From NCBI GenBank assembly GCA_036654455.1, contig JAVVRZ010000002.1, forward strand, positions 264,332-328,331: a stretch of DNA of 64,000 bases, in the 5' to 3' direction. This DNA is from Clostridia bacterium (GTDB taxonomy: Bacteria > Bacillota > Clostridia > Christensenellales > CAG-314). A program made the translations under genes and the position numbers. Below are positions 51,140-59,631 of the stretch, piece by piece. Every line of letters begins with the position of its first letter. Position 1 is the first letter of the stretch. Under the pieces are notes generated by a model. It did no database searches. It worked only from the letters and a program-made list of their open reading frames with translations, and was not told where the DNA came from.

Positions 51140-52492
51140 ATGAAAAAGTACACCTTTTATTTTTTAGGAATAGGCGGAATAGGTATGTCGGCGCTTGCAA
51201 ACTACCTATTTTGTTGCGGTCATAATGTTTCGGGTAGCGACCTAGTTAGCAACGCTCAAACCAAACGCTTGCAAAGTTTGGGTGTAAAAGTAGTAACAGG
51301 TAACAATAAAGATAACCTTGATACGTCGGCAGATTACTTAGTTTATACCCAAGCCATTGACCCGGCAGACCCAGAACTAATTTATGCCAAAGAGCTAGGG
51401 ATTAAGATAATTTCCCGTGAGAAACTTCTGGGTCGAATATTTAGAACCTTTACCAATCGAATAGCCGTTTCGGGGGCGCACGGTAAGACTACTACTTGCG
51501 GTTTATTATATCAAGCTTTGTCGGCAAACCTTGTTTCGCCTACGGCTTTTATAGGCGGAGAAATCTCTGGGCTGGGCAATTTTATTATGGGCAAACCCGA
51601 TTATTGTATAGCCGAAGCTTGCGAATATAAGGGTAGTTTTTTAACGCTTTCTTCTACTATTTCGGTAATTCTCAACGTTGACCTCGAACATTTAGACTAC
51701 TACAAGGAACTTAAAGATATCGAGCGAGCCTTTAATAAATTTGCCTGTAAGACTTGCCAAGGCGGAGTTGTCGTAACTAACGGCGACGCTGTGCCTTATT
51801 ACATTACTAATAATTGTTTGGCAAAGAATATCACCTACGGTTTTAATAAAAATAATAATTTTTTTGCAACAAACATCACTCAAAAAAATGCTAAGTATTC
51901 TTTTGATTGCTATAAAAACGGCGACTTTTACGCCCATATTAATTTGCTTTTGCGTGGCAGACATAATATTTATAACGCCCTTGCAACGCTTTGCGTTTGC
52001 GATAGCTTAGGACTAGACAAGGTTTGTACGGTCAAAGGCATCGAGTCGTTTTTGGGGGCGCAACGTCGTTGGCAAATAATTACCAACAGTTTTACAAATA
52101 TTGTTGAAGATTACGCCCATCACCCTAGCGAAGTGCGTTCTCTTGTTGAAACGGCGCTACAACTAGGTTACGATAAAATTATTCTTGCTTTTCAACCGCA
52201 TACCTACACAAGAACAAGCAAATTGTTTTTAGACTTTGTTTCTTGTTTTGTGGGCGTGGACTACTTGATAATGTTACCAATTTATCCCGCCCGAGAGCAA
52301 CCCATCGTGGGCGTTACAAGCAAACATCTTGCCGATACTATTGCCGATACCGGGCTTACAAACGCAATTTATTGTCAAGACTTTGAGTCCGCCGGGCGAT
52401 TAATCGCAACGCTAGCTAGTAAGGAAGACCTTGTGCTGGTAGTGGGCGCTGGCGACATATTTAAATTGAGTTCCTTACTACAAGCATTTTAG
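51140..52492 (+). CDS. murC: UDP-N-acetylmuramate--L-alanine ligase
   Basis: 450 aa counted from the ATG at 51140 (MKKYTFYFLGIGGIGMSALA, as at the MurC N-terminus). The ORF-track TTG at 51074 adds an unsupported 22 aa. Motif GAHGKTTT. No clear SD. Confidence 0.88.
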   Translation: MKKYTFYFLGIGGIGMSALANYLFCCGHNVSGSDLVSNAQTKRLQSLGVKVVTGNNKDNLDTSADYLVYTQAIDPADPELIYAKELGIKIISREKLLGRIFRTFTNRIAVSGAHGKTTTCGLLYQALSANLVSPTAFIGGEISGLGNFIMGKPDYCIAEACEYKGSFLTLSSTISVILNVDLEHLDYYKELKDIERAFNKFACKTCQGGVVVTNGDAVPYYITNNCLAKNITYGFNKNNNFFATNITQKNAKYSFDCYKNGDFYAHINLLLRGRHNIYNALATLCVCDSLGLDKVCTVKGIESFLGAQRRWQIITNSFTNIVEDYAHHPSEVRSLVETALQLGYDKIILAFQPHTYTRTSKLFLDFVSCFVGVDYLIMLPIYPAREQPIVGVTSKHLADTIADTGLTNAIYCQDFESAGRLIATLASKEDLVLVVGAGDIFKLSSLLQAF

Positions 52493-52506
52493 TTTTGTAA
52501 AAATCA

Positions 52507-52535
52507 TTGAGCTTTTAATTTTTCTGTGTTATACT
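52507..52535 (+). promoter_or_regulatory. psuK promoter placed for a leaderless or near-leaderless transcript
   Basis: TTGAGC (52507-52512), 17-nt spacer ending in TGt, TATACT (52530-52535), then 7 nt, then the ATG at 52543. No SD. Confidence 0.45.
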
Positions 52536-52542
52536 TTTTGGT

Positions 52543-53445
52543 ATGAAATACGTTTGTGTAATAGGCGGAGCAAATATTGATATATTTGTATCCCCATACT
52601 CTCAATTAGTTTTGCGTGACTCTAACCCTTCTCGCATTCACTACGCTTACGGCGGAGTAGCTCGTAACATTGCCGAGAATTTAACAAGGCTACAAGTAAA
52701 CACTCATTTTGTTACGGCTTTTGGTCAAGATAATTTTGCAGACCTACTCAAACAAGATTGTCTTAGACTAGGTATGGATATTTCTTCAAGTTCGACTTTT
52801 AATGGCAACACCTCAACGTATATTTGCGTCAACGACATTTCCAAAGATATGTTTTTAGGCGCTAGCGATATGGACATACTTAGTAACATAAGCGTGGACT
52901 TATTGTCTAGCTTGCTTACGCTTTTTAACAACGCTACCGCCATAGTGATTGACACAAATTTAAATGTTGAAGTTTTAGATTATTTAATTTCTAACGTAAC
53001 ACAGCCTATTTTTATCGAAACGGTTTCTTGCGCTAAGGCAAAAAAACTTATATCTCGTCGGTTGCCGTTTAGCATTAAAGCAAATAGCTACGAAGCCGAA
53101 GTTATAACCGGCGTAAGTATTACCGACCAAACAAGTTGTCACGAAGCTTTACTTAAATTGAACAAACAAGGGGCTGTCCTTCCAATTATTACTTGTGGAA
53201 AAGAGGGCAGTTACTATTATTATAACGGCAAATTTGGACACAATCAAGGCATAAGCGTTATTTCGGGCAACACTACCGGCGCAGGCGACAGTTTTCTTGC
53301 AGGCGTAGTTTGGGGTTACCAACAGGGTAAAGACGTTGATTATTGTCTTAGGGCGGGAAGTTTAGCTAGCATACTTACTTTGCAAAGCGACAAACCCGTA
53401 AGCGAACTACTTTCAAGCGATTATTTAACAACATTACTTAAATAA
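52543..53445 (+). CDS. psuK: PfkB-family kinase, pseudouridine kinase-like
   Basis: 300 aa with motifs VIGGANIDIF, DSNPSRIHYAYGGVARNIAENL, TGAGDSFLAG. Adjacent to psuG. Confidence 0.75.
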   Translation: MKYVCVIGGANIDIFVSPYSQLVLRDSNPSRIHYAYGGVARNIAENLTRLQVNTHFVTAFGQDNFADLLKQDCLRLGMDISSSSTFNGNTSTYICVNDISKDMFLGASDMDILSNISVDLLSSLLTLFNNATAIVIDTNLNVEVLDYLISNVTQPIFIETVSCAKAKKLISRRLPFSIKANSYEAEVITGVSITDQTSCHEALLKLNKQGAVLPIITCGKEGSYYYYNGKFGHNQGISVISGNTTGAGDSFLAGVVWGYQQGKDVDYCLRAGSLASILTLQSDKPVSELLSSDYLTTLLK

Positions 53446-53501
53446 TTTAGTCGCATAATTTTTAAAAACAATTACAAGCAATTTATTAATAAGAGGAAAA
53501 T

Positions 53502-54428
53502 ATGTATAACATAAGTATCAGCGAGGAAGTTTCTAACGCTATAAATTCGTCTAGCCCGGTTGTTGCGCTAGAATCTACAATAATCTCACACGGTATGCCT
53601 TATCCAAATAACGTTGAAACGGCTTGCGAGGTAGAAGATATCATTCGTTCCTATGGCGCTACTCCGGCTACTATCGCTATTATTAAGGGCGTAATTAAGG
53701 TCGGGCTAAGCAAGCAAGAATTGATTTATCTAGGCAAATGCGGTACGGAAGTTACCAAGGTTAGCCGTAGAGATATTTCCGCAGTAGTCGCAAGCAAACT
53801 CGACGGAGCTACAACCGTATCGGCCACAATGATAATAGCTCGCAAAGCCGGCATAAATATCTTTGCAACTGGGGGTATAGGCGGAGTTCATAGGGGAGGG
53901 GAACTCTCCCTTGATATATCAGCCGACTTACAAGAATTGTCCCGTACGCCCGTAATGGTGGTGTGTAGCGGGGTCAAAAGTATCCTTGACATAGGTCGCA
54001 CCCGAGAATATCTCGAAACAATGGGCGTTTGCGTATGCGGATATAATACGTTTGACTTTCCCGCTTTTTACAATTCCGTTAGCGGTTACAAGGTCGATTA
54101 CAATATTGACGCAAGGCTCGGCGCAGATATTCTCAATACCAACCAACAATTAAATTTAAATTCGGGCATAGTCGTAGGCGTTCCCGTTCCGCCAAGTTAC
54201 GAGATGGATAGGGCGGTAATCGACCAAGCAATTTCTAACGCTATTGACAATCAACACAAACTAAACATAGTAGGCAAAGACATTACCCCGTATTTATTGT
54301 CGGCGATAAGCAAGGCGACCGAGGGAGCAAGCCTAGCGACAAATATACACTTAATAAAAAATAACGCAGGCGTAGCTGCGCAAATTGCCGTCGAATACGC
54401 AAAACTAATTAAAAATGAGCAAAGATAA
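53502..54428 (+). CDS. psuG: Pseudouridine-5'-phosphate glycosidase
   Basis: 308 aa with motifs VVALESTIISHGMPYPNN, GATPATIAI, FATGGIGGVHRGG (IndA/PsuG family). Confidence 0.88.
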   Translation: MYNISISEEVSNAINSSSPVVALESTIISHGMPYPNNVETACEVEDIIRSYGATPATIAIIKGVIKVGLSKQELIYLGKCGTEVTKVSRRDISAVVASKLDGATTVSATMIIARKAGINIFATGGIGGVHRGGELSLDISADLQELSRTPVMVVCSGVKSILDIGRTREYLETMGVCVCGYNTFDFPAFYNSVSGYKVDYNIDARLGADILNTNQQLNLNSGIVVGVPVPPSYEMDRAVIDQAISNAIDNQHKLNIVGKDITPYLLSAISKATEGASLATNIHLIKNNAGVAAQIAVEYAKLIKNEQR

Positions 54429-55029
54429 ATTTAACAACGCCAATAAGGGCGAGGAAAGCTCTCAAAAAGAAGTTGTCGCAACTAAAATAGAAGTTGTCGC
54501 AAACGACGAAGCGCCTACCTCGCTAGACACCGCTCTCGATAACGTTTTGCCAAAGGTAAAAGTCGGGGTTAAAGAGCGTAATTTAAAACCTATAAAAAGA
54601 CTTGCTAAGTTCTCCATTGTCGGTTTATTTGTAGGCATATTTGGTCTTGCAAATTTTACCTTGTTAATACAACTATGCCAATTATTAGATTTTGCAATTA
54701 CAGACTGGACTATTGTTTTAGCCGAGTGTGTTTCGGTTATATTTACCTCAATTCTATCTTTTTTAATCAACAGTAAATTTACTTTTAGCGACCGTTTAGC
54801 TCGCAAAGCCGGTATATGGCTTTATATAGGTTACTATGTAGTTACAACTCCGCTATTTAGTTTACTTATTCTTTGGCTACATCGTAGTTACGGAATAGAT
54901 TTAATCTATTGCAAAATGATTAAGATTGCCTTAAACGCAATTCTAGATTACTTCTACTGTCAATTCTTTATTTTTAAGTATTTAAAGAAGCGTTACGCTT
55001 TGCCCGACAAGGAAATACCAATAATTTAG
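54415..55029 (+). CDS. GtrA-family membrane protein with a hydrophilic N-terminal extension of about 60 aa
   Basis: 204 aa. Four TMs with the GtrA-like pattern (KFSIVGLFVGIFGLANF...FLINSKFTFSD...). Overlaps psuG by 14 nt. Confidence 0.6.
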   Translation: MSKDKFNNANKGEESSQKEVVATKIEVVANDEAPTSLDTALDNVLPKVKVGVKERNLKPIKRLAKFSIVGLFVGIFGLANFTLLIQLCQLLDFAITDWTIVLAECVSVIFTSILSFLINSKFTFSDRLARKAGIWLYIGYYVVTTPLFSLLILWLHRSYGIDLIYCKMIKIALNAILDYFYCQFFIFKYLKKRYALPDKEIPII

Positions 55030-55166
55030 CTATTTTTATAATATTTTAAAGATTACCGCAAGTTATTAAGATACAAGCGTAAGAACAAAAAATTATCAAA
55101 TGTAAATTTATTAAGTAAAAATAAACTATCAATTAAAAAACAAGTATATAAATAGGCAATTAAGAT

Positions 55167-55200
55167 AAAAAAATAGGCTTCTAATATAGAAGTCTATTTT
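55167..55200. terminator. Terminator hairpin downstream of the tRNA cluster (minus strand), possibly also serving the + strand operon
   Basis: ATAGGCTTCTA (55173-55183) pairs with TAGAAGTCTAT (55187-55197). There is an A-run to the left (U-run on the minus strand) and TTTT to the right. Confidence 0.65.
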
Positions 55201-55201
55201 G

Positions 55202-55278
55202 TGGTGGGAGCAACAGGGCTCGAACCTGTGACCCCCTGCTTGTAAGGCAGGTGCTCTCCCAACTGAGCTATGCTCCCA
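55202..55278 (-). tRNA. tRNA-Val (anticodon UAC), CCA encoded
   Basis: Reverse complement: GGGAGCATAGCTCAGTTGGGAGAGCACCTGCCTTACAAGCAGGGGGTCACAGGTTCGAGCCCTGTTGCTCCCACCA. It folds as a cloverleaf with anticodon loop CTTACAA. Confidence 0.9.
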
Positions 55279-55313
55279 AAAACTGTTCTGGGTGGAAACT
55301 TACGAGGGAATAA

Positions 55314-55389
55314 TGGTGACCCCTACGAGACTCGAACTCGTGTTACCGCCGTGAAAGGGCGATGTCTTAGACCGCTTGACCAAGGGGCC
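55314..55389 (-). tRNA. tRNA-Glu (anticodon UUC), CCA encoded
   Basis: Reverse complement: GGCCCCTTGGTCAAGCGGTCTAAGACATCGCCCTTTCACGGCGGTAACACGAGTTCGAGTCTCGTAGGGGTCACCA. Anticodon loop CTTTCAC. Confidence 0.9.
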
Positions 55390-55393
55390 GTAT

Positions 55394-55470
55394 TGGTAGC
55401 GGCGACTGGACTCGAACCAGTGACCTGCCGGGTATGAACCGGCCGCTATAGCCAACTAAGCTACGCCGCC
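55394..55470 (-). tRNA. tRNA-Met, elongator type (anticodon CAU), CCA encoded; a lysidine-modified tRNA-Ile2 cannot be fully excluded
   Basis: Reverse complement: GGCGGCGTAGCTTAGTTGGCTATAGCGGCCGGTTCATACCCGGCAGGTCACTGGTTCGAGTCCAGTCGCCGCTACCA. Anticodon loop TTCATAC. It resembles Bacillus elongator tRNA-Met. Confidence 0.8.
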
Positions 55471-55499
55471 ATATTTGTCTTAGTCGCTGGTACTTGTGT

Positions 55500-55574
55500 T
55501 GGTTGCGGGGGAAGGATTTGAACCTTCGACCTCCGGGTTATGAGCCCGACGAGCTGCCGCTGCTCTACCCCGCG
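55500..55574 (-). tRNA. Initiator tRNA-fMet (anticodon CAU), CCA encoded
   Basis: Reverse complement: CGCGGGGTAGAGCAGCGGCAGCTCGTCGGGCTCATAACCCGGAGGTCGAAGGTTCAAATCCTTCCCCCGCAACCA. It has the C1-A72 mismatch and the GGG/CCC anticodon stem typical of initiators. Confidence 0.9.
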
Positions 55575-55599
55575 TTATTTCGCCACACGACGCCTAACT

Positions 55600-55628
55600 A
55601 TGGTAACATTACACATATTTTTTGTCAA
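55600..55628 (-). promoter_or_regulatory. Candidate promoter of the tRNA cluster
   Basis: On the minus strand: TTGACA (55628-55623), 17-nt spacer, TACCAT (55605-55600); about 25 nt upstream of tRNA-fMet. Confidence 0.35.
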
Positions 55629-55989
55629 GTATTTGCAACAAAATTTTATTTATTTTGCCTTCAATAACAATTTTAACTTTTTTCCCAATAATTTTTATTG
55701 ATTAATATTTGACGTTTCTAATTATTCTTCAAATACTTTTTTAATTTAATTTGTCAATAGTACACAGTTTGACCTTTTAGTCACGTCTGTTATCGGTCAA
55801 TAAATTTTTGCCGTTAGTTTATATTTGCTTTTGCGTGATTTAAATAAAAGATATTGCCAAATCTAAGCAAATATGTTAATATACTAAGAACGCTTAGTAA
55901 TTTTTGCTATATTTAAACAGTCTTACGCTAATTATTTAACTTACTTATATAAACTAGCATTTACTCTTGTTTTAAGGAGATACTGCAAT

Positions 55990-57006
55990 ATGATAGCCTA
56001 TAAACACACAAAAAAAGGCGAACTTACACAAGTAACCATACCCTACGCTAAGGTCGTTGAGCCTAGTATTGCCAAGGTAAGAATTGAGAAGGCATTAATT
56101 TCTTATGGCGATTGCGAAGCGCTTGCAAGCGAACAAACTAGCGACTTTTCTTTGGGTAGATATGCTGTCGGCTCTGTTGCCGAGCTAGCTACAAGCCAGT
56201 CTTATTTAGCCAAGAGTTCGAGAGTAGCCATTTCTTCTACCCTTTATTGCAACGATTGTTACAACTGCAAATCTAACAATAAAGAGTGTTGTATCGACCT
56301 TAAATATCTCAGCCGAGATTATAACGGCATTTATCAAAATTTTGCCGACCTTCCGCTAGATTGCCTTTATCAACTACCCGATAGCGTTAGTTTTACCGAC
56401 GGACTATTTATCGAATTTATTTCGCTAGGTTTAAATACTCTTGACGCTATTAAAATAAAAAAAGGCGAACACGTAGCCATTATGTGCGACACTAAGCTAG
56501 GGTTACTTATAGCTCAACTTGTATTATATTATGGCGCTATTCCTATTCTTGTTCAACAAGACGAACAAATAATCAATCTTGCAAAACAAATGGGCATTTT
56601 CTACGCATTTAATTATAAAAGCACTAGCGAAGTAGATAAAAATATATTTACGCTTACGGGCGGTCGCATGTGCGAAAAAATGATTTATGTTAGAGAGTGT
56701 AGATATCCTATTAAAAATATTACCAATCTTTGCGCTCCGTACAGTTCGATTTGTCTATGTATGTGCAACCGAGAAAAAGAAATATTTAACACCGCCGAAA
56801 TAGTCAACAAGAATATTACCCTTGTTGGGCTTAACAACAGCTTAGGTAATTTCCCAACTGCCATTAACTTGCTGGCTACTAAACAAATTAGTATCGGCTA
56901 CTTAATAGGTGACACTATCAAGATGTCGTCGCTAGCTACTGCAATGCCACTTATTACCAAAGAACAGCTCAATACCAAGTGTATGATTGTAGAAATGGAC
57001 TTATAG
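55990..57006 (+). CDS. Medium-chain dehydrogenase/reductase (zinc-ADH) family protein with degenerate catalytic and cofactor motifs
   Basis: 338 aa. The structural-zinc lobe is retained (CNDCYNCKSNNKECC). The catalytic Cys/His positions read SYGDCEAL and LGRYAVG, and the GxGxxG site reads IMCDTKLG. SD AAGGAG. Confidence 0.5.
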   Translation: MIAYKHTKKGELTQVTIPYAKVVEPSIAKVRIEKALISYGDCEALASEQTSDFSLGRYAVGSVAELATSQSYLAKSSRVAISSTLYCNDCYNCKSNNKECCIDLKYLSRDYNGIYQNFADLPLDCLYQLPDSVSFTDGLFIEFISLGLNTLDAIKIKKGEHVAIMCDTKLGLLIAQLVLYYGAIPILVQQDEQIINLAKQMGIFYAFNYKSTSEVDKNIFTLTGGRMCEKMIYVRECRYPIKNITNLCAPYSSICLCMCNREKEIFNTAEIVNKNITLVGLNNSLGNFPTAINLLATKQISIGYLIGDTIKMSSLATAMPLITKEQLNTKCMIVEMDL

Positions 57007-57039
57007 TTCTAGACAATTAGATATAAGCAAGACTTTTTT

Positions 57040-57070
57040 TGATTTTGTTTCAAATTGATTTTGTTTCAAA
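57040..57070 (+). repeat. Tandem 15-nt direct repeat just downstream of the MDR-like gene
   Basis: TGATTTTGTTTCAAA occurs at 57040-57054 and 57056-57070. Confidence 0.8.
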
Positions 57071-57331
57071 CGCTTTTATCGTGGTTAGTCTTTGGCTATA
57101 TCGACAATATAATTAATAATAAGTAGAAATGAAGTATAAAATTGCTTTTATTTACATAAAGTCCTCAAATGGGTTAAAATATTCATAAAAAATACCTAAA
57201 TTTTTAAAAAAGTATTGCAATTATTTCGTAGATGTTGTAAAATAGTAGCACAAATTGAAAAGTAGCGCAAAAAATTACTATATTACGGCAAAAACGCAAA
57301 AATAGTTGCTTAATAAGGATAATAATATTTA

Positions 57332-57805
57332 ATGACGTCTACCCTTTCTCTACTAGCAATATTACTGCTAATTCTTCCTTGCATAGACCTCGCTTGGTGG
57401 TTAATTAGGCGGTATCTTTCACTACCTACCGACAAACAAATCGGCAATTTCTTTGGCGTGTGTTGTTTGGTTGCGGTCGGTTCTCTTTTGCTGTCGATTA
57501 ATTACGTAGACATCTCTCGTTTTGTCAAATCATTACTTAGCGAAGAACAAATTATCTTCGTTAGAGATATCATAGGCAATATATCTAGTGGCGGTGGCGC
57601 AGTCGTAGTATTTAACGCTATTACCTCGCAACTAATGGTTGTGCTTAGCATGTCCTTTATAGTTTACGGCATTAAGATATTTTACTTTTTTAATTTTTTA
57701 GTAACTCGTTTATTAGCAAATATAGCTATTATTAAAGTTAAGTTTATTTCTCGCAAGGTAAATTCAAGAAGACTTCATCTTCAATTTAGTCGTTTTAACC
57801 AATAA
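57332..57805 (+). CDS. Hypothetical membrane protein
   Basis: 157 aa with about 4 hydrophobic segments. A candidate promoter (TTGCAA 57215-57220, 17 nt, TAAAAT 57238-57243) lies upstream. No family recognised. Confidence 0.45.
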   Translation: MTSTLSLLAILLLILPCIDLAWWLIRRYLSLPTDKQIGNFFGVCCLVAVGSLLLSINYVDISRFVKSLLSEEQIIFVRDIIGNISSGGGAVVVFNAITSQLMVVLSMSFIVYGIKIFYFFNFLVTRLLANIAIIKVKFISRKVNSRRLHLQFSRFNQ

Positions 57806-58027
57806 ATCTTTAATCATTTTCAAACATTTTTAAGTAAATAAAAGTTTGCTTTTGGCGTTACATACGCTTACTATTTTGTACGCAAATTTTAGTCTAGCTT
57901 AAACTAATATATAAAGAGTTTATAGCTATTTATTTTAGCTATTTAGTTGTATATTACTATGCTGTTTATCTTGTTATAGCAAGACAAACCCATCTTAGTA
58001 TTACAGACTAGGTAATATCGCAAGTAA

Positions 58028-58207
58028 ATTAAATAACATATTTTTTTGGAGGGAAAACAAAAAATGAAAAAGAGAAACAACAAGGGCTTTACCCTAGTAG
58101 AGCTTATCGTAGTAATTGTAATCATTGCAATCCTAGCAGGCGTGCTTATCCCTACATTTAGCGGAGTAATCGATAGAGCGCACAAGTCAACCGTTCTTCA
58201 AGAGGCT
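58028..58207 (+). repeat. 180-bp duplicated block, copy 1 (RBS, pilin leader and N-terminal helix)
   Basis: Identical to 58608-58787 except at 58150 (C/T) and 58174 (T/C). Confidence 0.95.
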
Positions 58208-58540
58208 GAAAGTATTAAGACAGTATTCGCTACAATCTTTACAAGCGAGTTATACGCTACAACTACCGATGTTTCGGGAGATAAGGATAAGGCAATTATC
58301 GAAAAAGAACTTGGCAATACTATTGCCGGCAAGATAGCTTTCTTTAAGGTTGCTCCTACCGTTGCAAACGACGTTATCACTTCTGGCACTTTTGAAGCAT
58401 TCTATACAACAAATGCTAACACAAACGCAGCTGCAACTAAGGCAGAAGTATTAGGTTTTGTATATGAAAATGGCGACTATACCGCAATTTACACCCAATC
58501 AACAGGCATACTTTTAGTAGTAAAAACACAAAAAACTTAG
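58064..58540 (+). CDS. pilA: Type IV pilin-like protein, major pilin candidate 1
   Basis: 158 aa counted from the ATG at 58064 (SD GGAGGG). The prepilin signal MKKRNNKG|FTLVELIVVIVIIAILAGVLIP carries Glu5. The ORF-track start at 58046 is a TTG upstream of the SD. Confidence 0.85.
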   Translation: MKKRNNKGFTLVELIVVIVIIAILAGVLIPTFSGVIDRAHKSTVLQEAESIKTVFATIFTSELYATTTDVSGDKDKAIIEKELGNTIAGKIAFFKVAPTVANDVITSGTFEAFYTTNANTNAAATKAEVLGFVYENGDYTAIYTQSTGILLVVKTQKT

Positions 58541-58607
58541 TATTTAGTTTAACTTATGCCGGTTAAATATCGGCGTAGATTAAAAAGTAATCAAATTAAG
58601 TACAATA

Positions 58608-58787
58608 ATTAAATAACATATTTTTTTGGAGGGAAAACAAAAAATGAAAAAGAGAAACAACAAGGGCTTTACCCTAGTAGAGCTTATCGTAGTAATTGTA
58701 ATCATTGCAATCCTAGCAGGCGTGCTTATTCCTACATTTAGCGGAGTAATCGACAGAGCGCACAAGTCAACCGTTCTTCAAGAGGCT
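58608..58787 (+). repeat. 180-bp duplicated block, copy 2
   Basis: See copy 1. The offset between copies is 580 bp. Confidence 0.95.
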
Positions 58788-59108
58788 ACAAATATTAAAA
58801 CAATGTTTAATTCTGTCTTTATGGCGGACACAACAACTTACCCGGCTACTTTTACAATAGGTGACGATAAAGTTCTTATGGAGAAACTTTCAGGCGACAA
58901 ACTACCAGCAGACGCAAAACTTATGTTCTTCAAAACTGCACCTACTGTTGCAAATGAAATGATGCCTAGTGGATATATTACAACTACTACAAACGAAGCC
59001 ACAACTAAGGCAGAAATATTAGGTTTTGTATATCAAAATGGCGACTATACCGCAATTTACACCCAATCAACAGGTGCGATTGTAGTTGTTAAAACTTATA
59101 AAGCTTAA
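58644..59108 (+). CDS. pilA: Type IV pilin-like protein, major pilin candidate 2 (paralogue)
   Basis: 154 aa. The first 48 aa are identical to copy 1, the C-terminal segment is conserved (TKAE(V/I)LGFVY(E/Q)NGDYTAIYTQSTG), and the core is divergent. Confidence 0.85.
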   Translation: MKKRNNKGFTLVELIVVIVIIAILAGVLIPTFSGVIDRAHKSTVLQEATNIKTMFNSVFMADTTTYPATFTIGDDKVLMEKLSGDKLPADAKLMFFKTAPTVANEMMPSGYITTTTNEATTKAEILGFVYQNGDYTAIYTQSTGAIVVVKTYKA

Positions 59109-59113
59109 TTTAA

Positions 59114-59614
59114 TTGTTTAATAGGAACAAAAAAACAAAATTAGGGTTTACCTTAGCCGAATTGGTGGTAGCTATGTGTCTTACTGGCATAATAGCTGCC
59201 GCCATTATTGGCGTTTTTGCAACTCTTAACGGTCTAAGCGGTTCGGCTACTAGCGAAGGCAACAAGCGTGACCAACTACTGGTGTTACAGACCGAACTTA
59301 ATAGCTTTGTAGATAAGTACGACAGCTTAGAGTACGTTGTTGAAATAATTCCTAGTACTGTGGTAGAAGGTCAAAGCAACGGAATAGTAATTAAAAATAA
59401 AACTGACGGTATAGTAACGGCAAGCATTACTTATGCCAACGGCAAATTAGATATTAAGACCCTTGGCACCCCCGGCCAAACAACCAAACAGCTCTCCTTG
59501 TCTATTAAATCAATTAATTTTTCTTTAAGTGATAAAAGATTGAATTGTCTACTTGTATTTAATGACAATACAAGATACAATATAATAATAGCCGTACTAG
59601 CCGGTCAACCTTAA
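59114..59614 (+). CDS. Minor pilin-like protein
   Basis: 166 aa. TTG start with no SD. Prepilin motif NRNKKTKLG|FTLAELVVAMCLTGIIAAAII. Confidence 0.7.
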   Translation: MFNRNKKTKLGFTLAELVVAMCLTGIIAAAIIGVFATLNGLSGSATSEGNKRDQLLVLQTELNSFVDKYDSLEYVVEIIPSTVVEGQSNGIVIKNKTDGIVTASITYANGKLDIKTLGTPGQTTKQLSLSIKSINFSLSDKRLNCLLVFNDNTRYNIIIAVLAGQP

Positions 59615-59631
59615 ATAAGCGGGGTATCAAT

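Noticed and set aside
51129-51142. murC as a fifth leaderless gene (TACAAT 5 nt before the ATG)
   Set aside because: There is no acceptable -35 and no TGn extension at the required spacing, so it is too weak to claim.
55202-57805. tRNA-associated genomic island carrying the pilus locus
   Set aside because: The tRNA 3' ends point away from the pilus locus. I noticed no integrase and no duplicated tRNA 3' fragment.
57943-58765. Minus-strand ORFs 57943-58185 and 58580-58765 with near-identical products
   Set aside because: They are antisense to the duplicated pilin 5' blocks, and their similarity is a by-product of that duplication.
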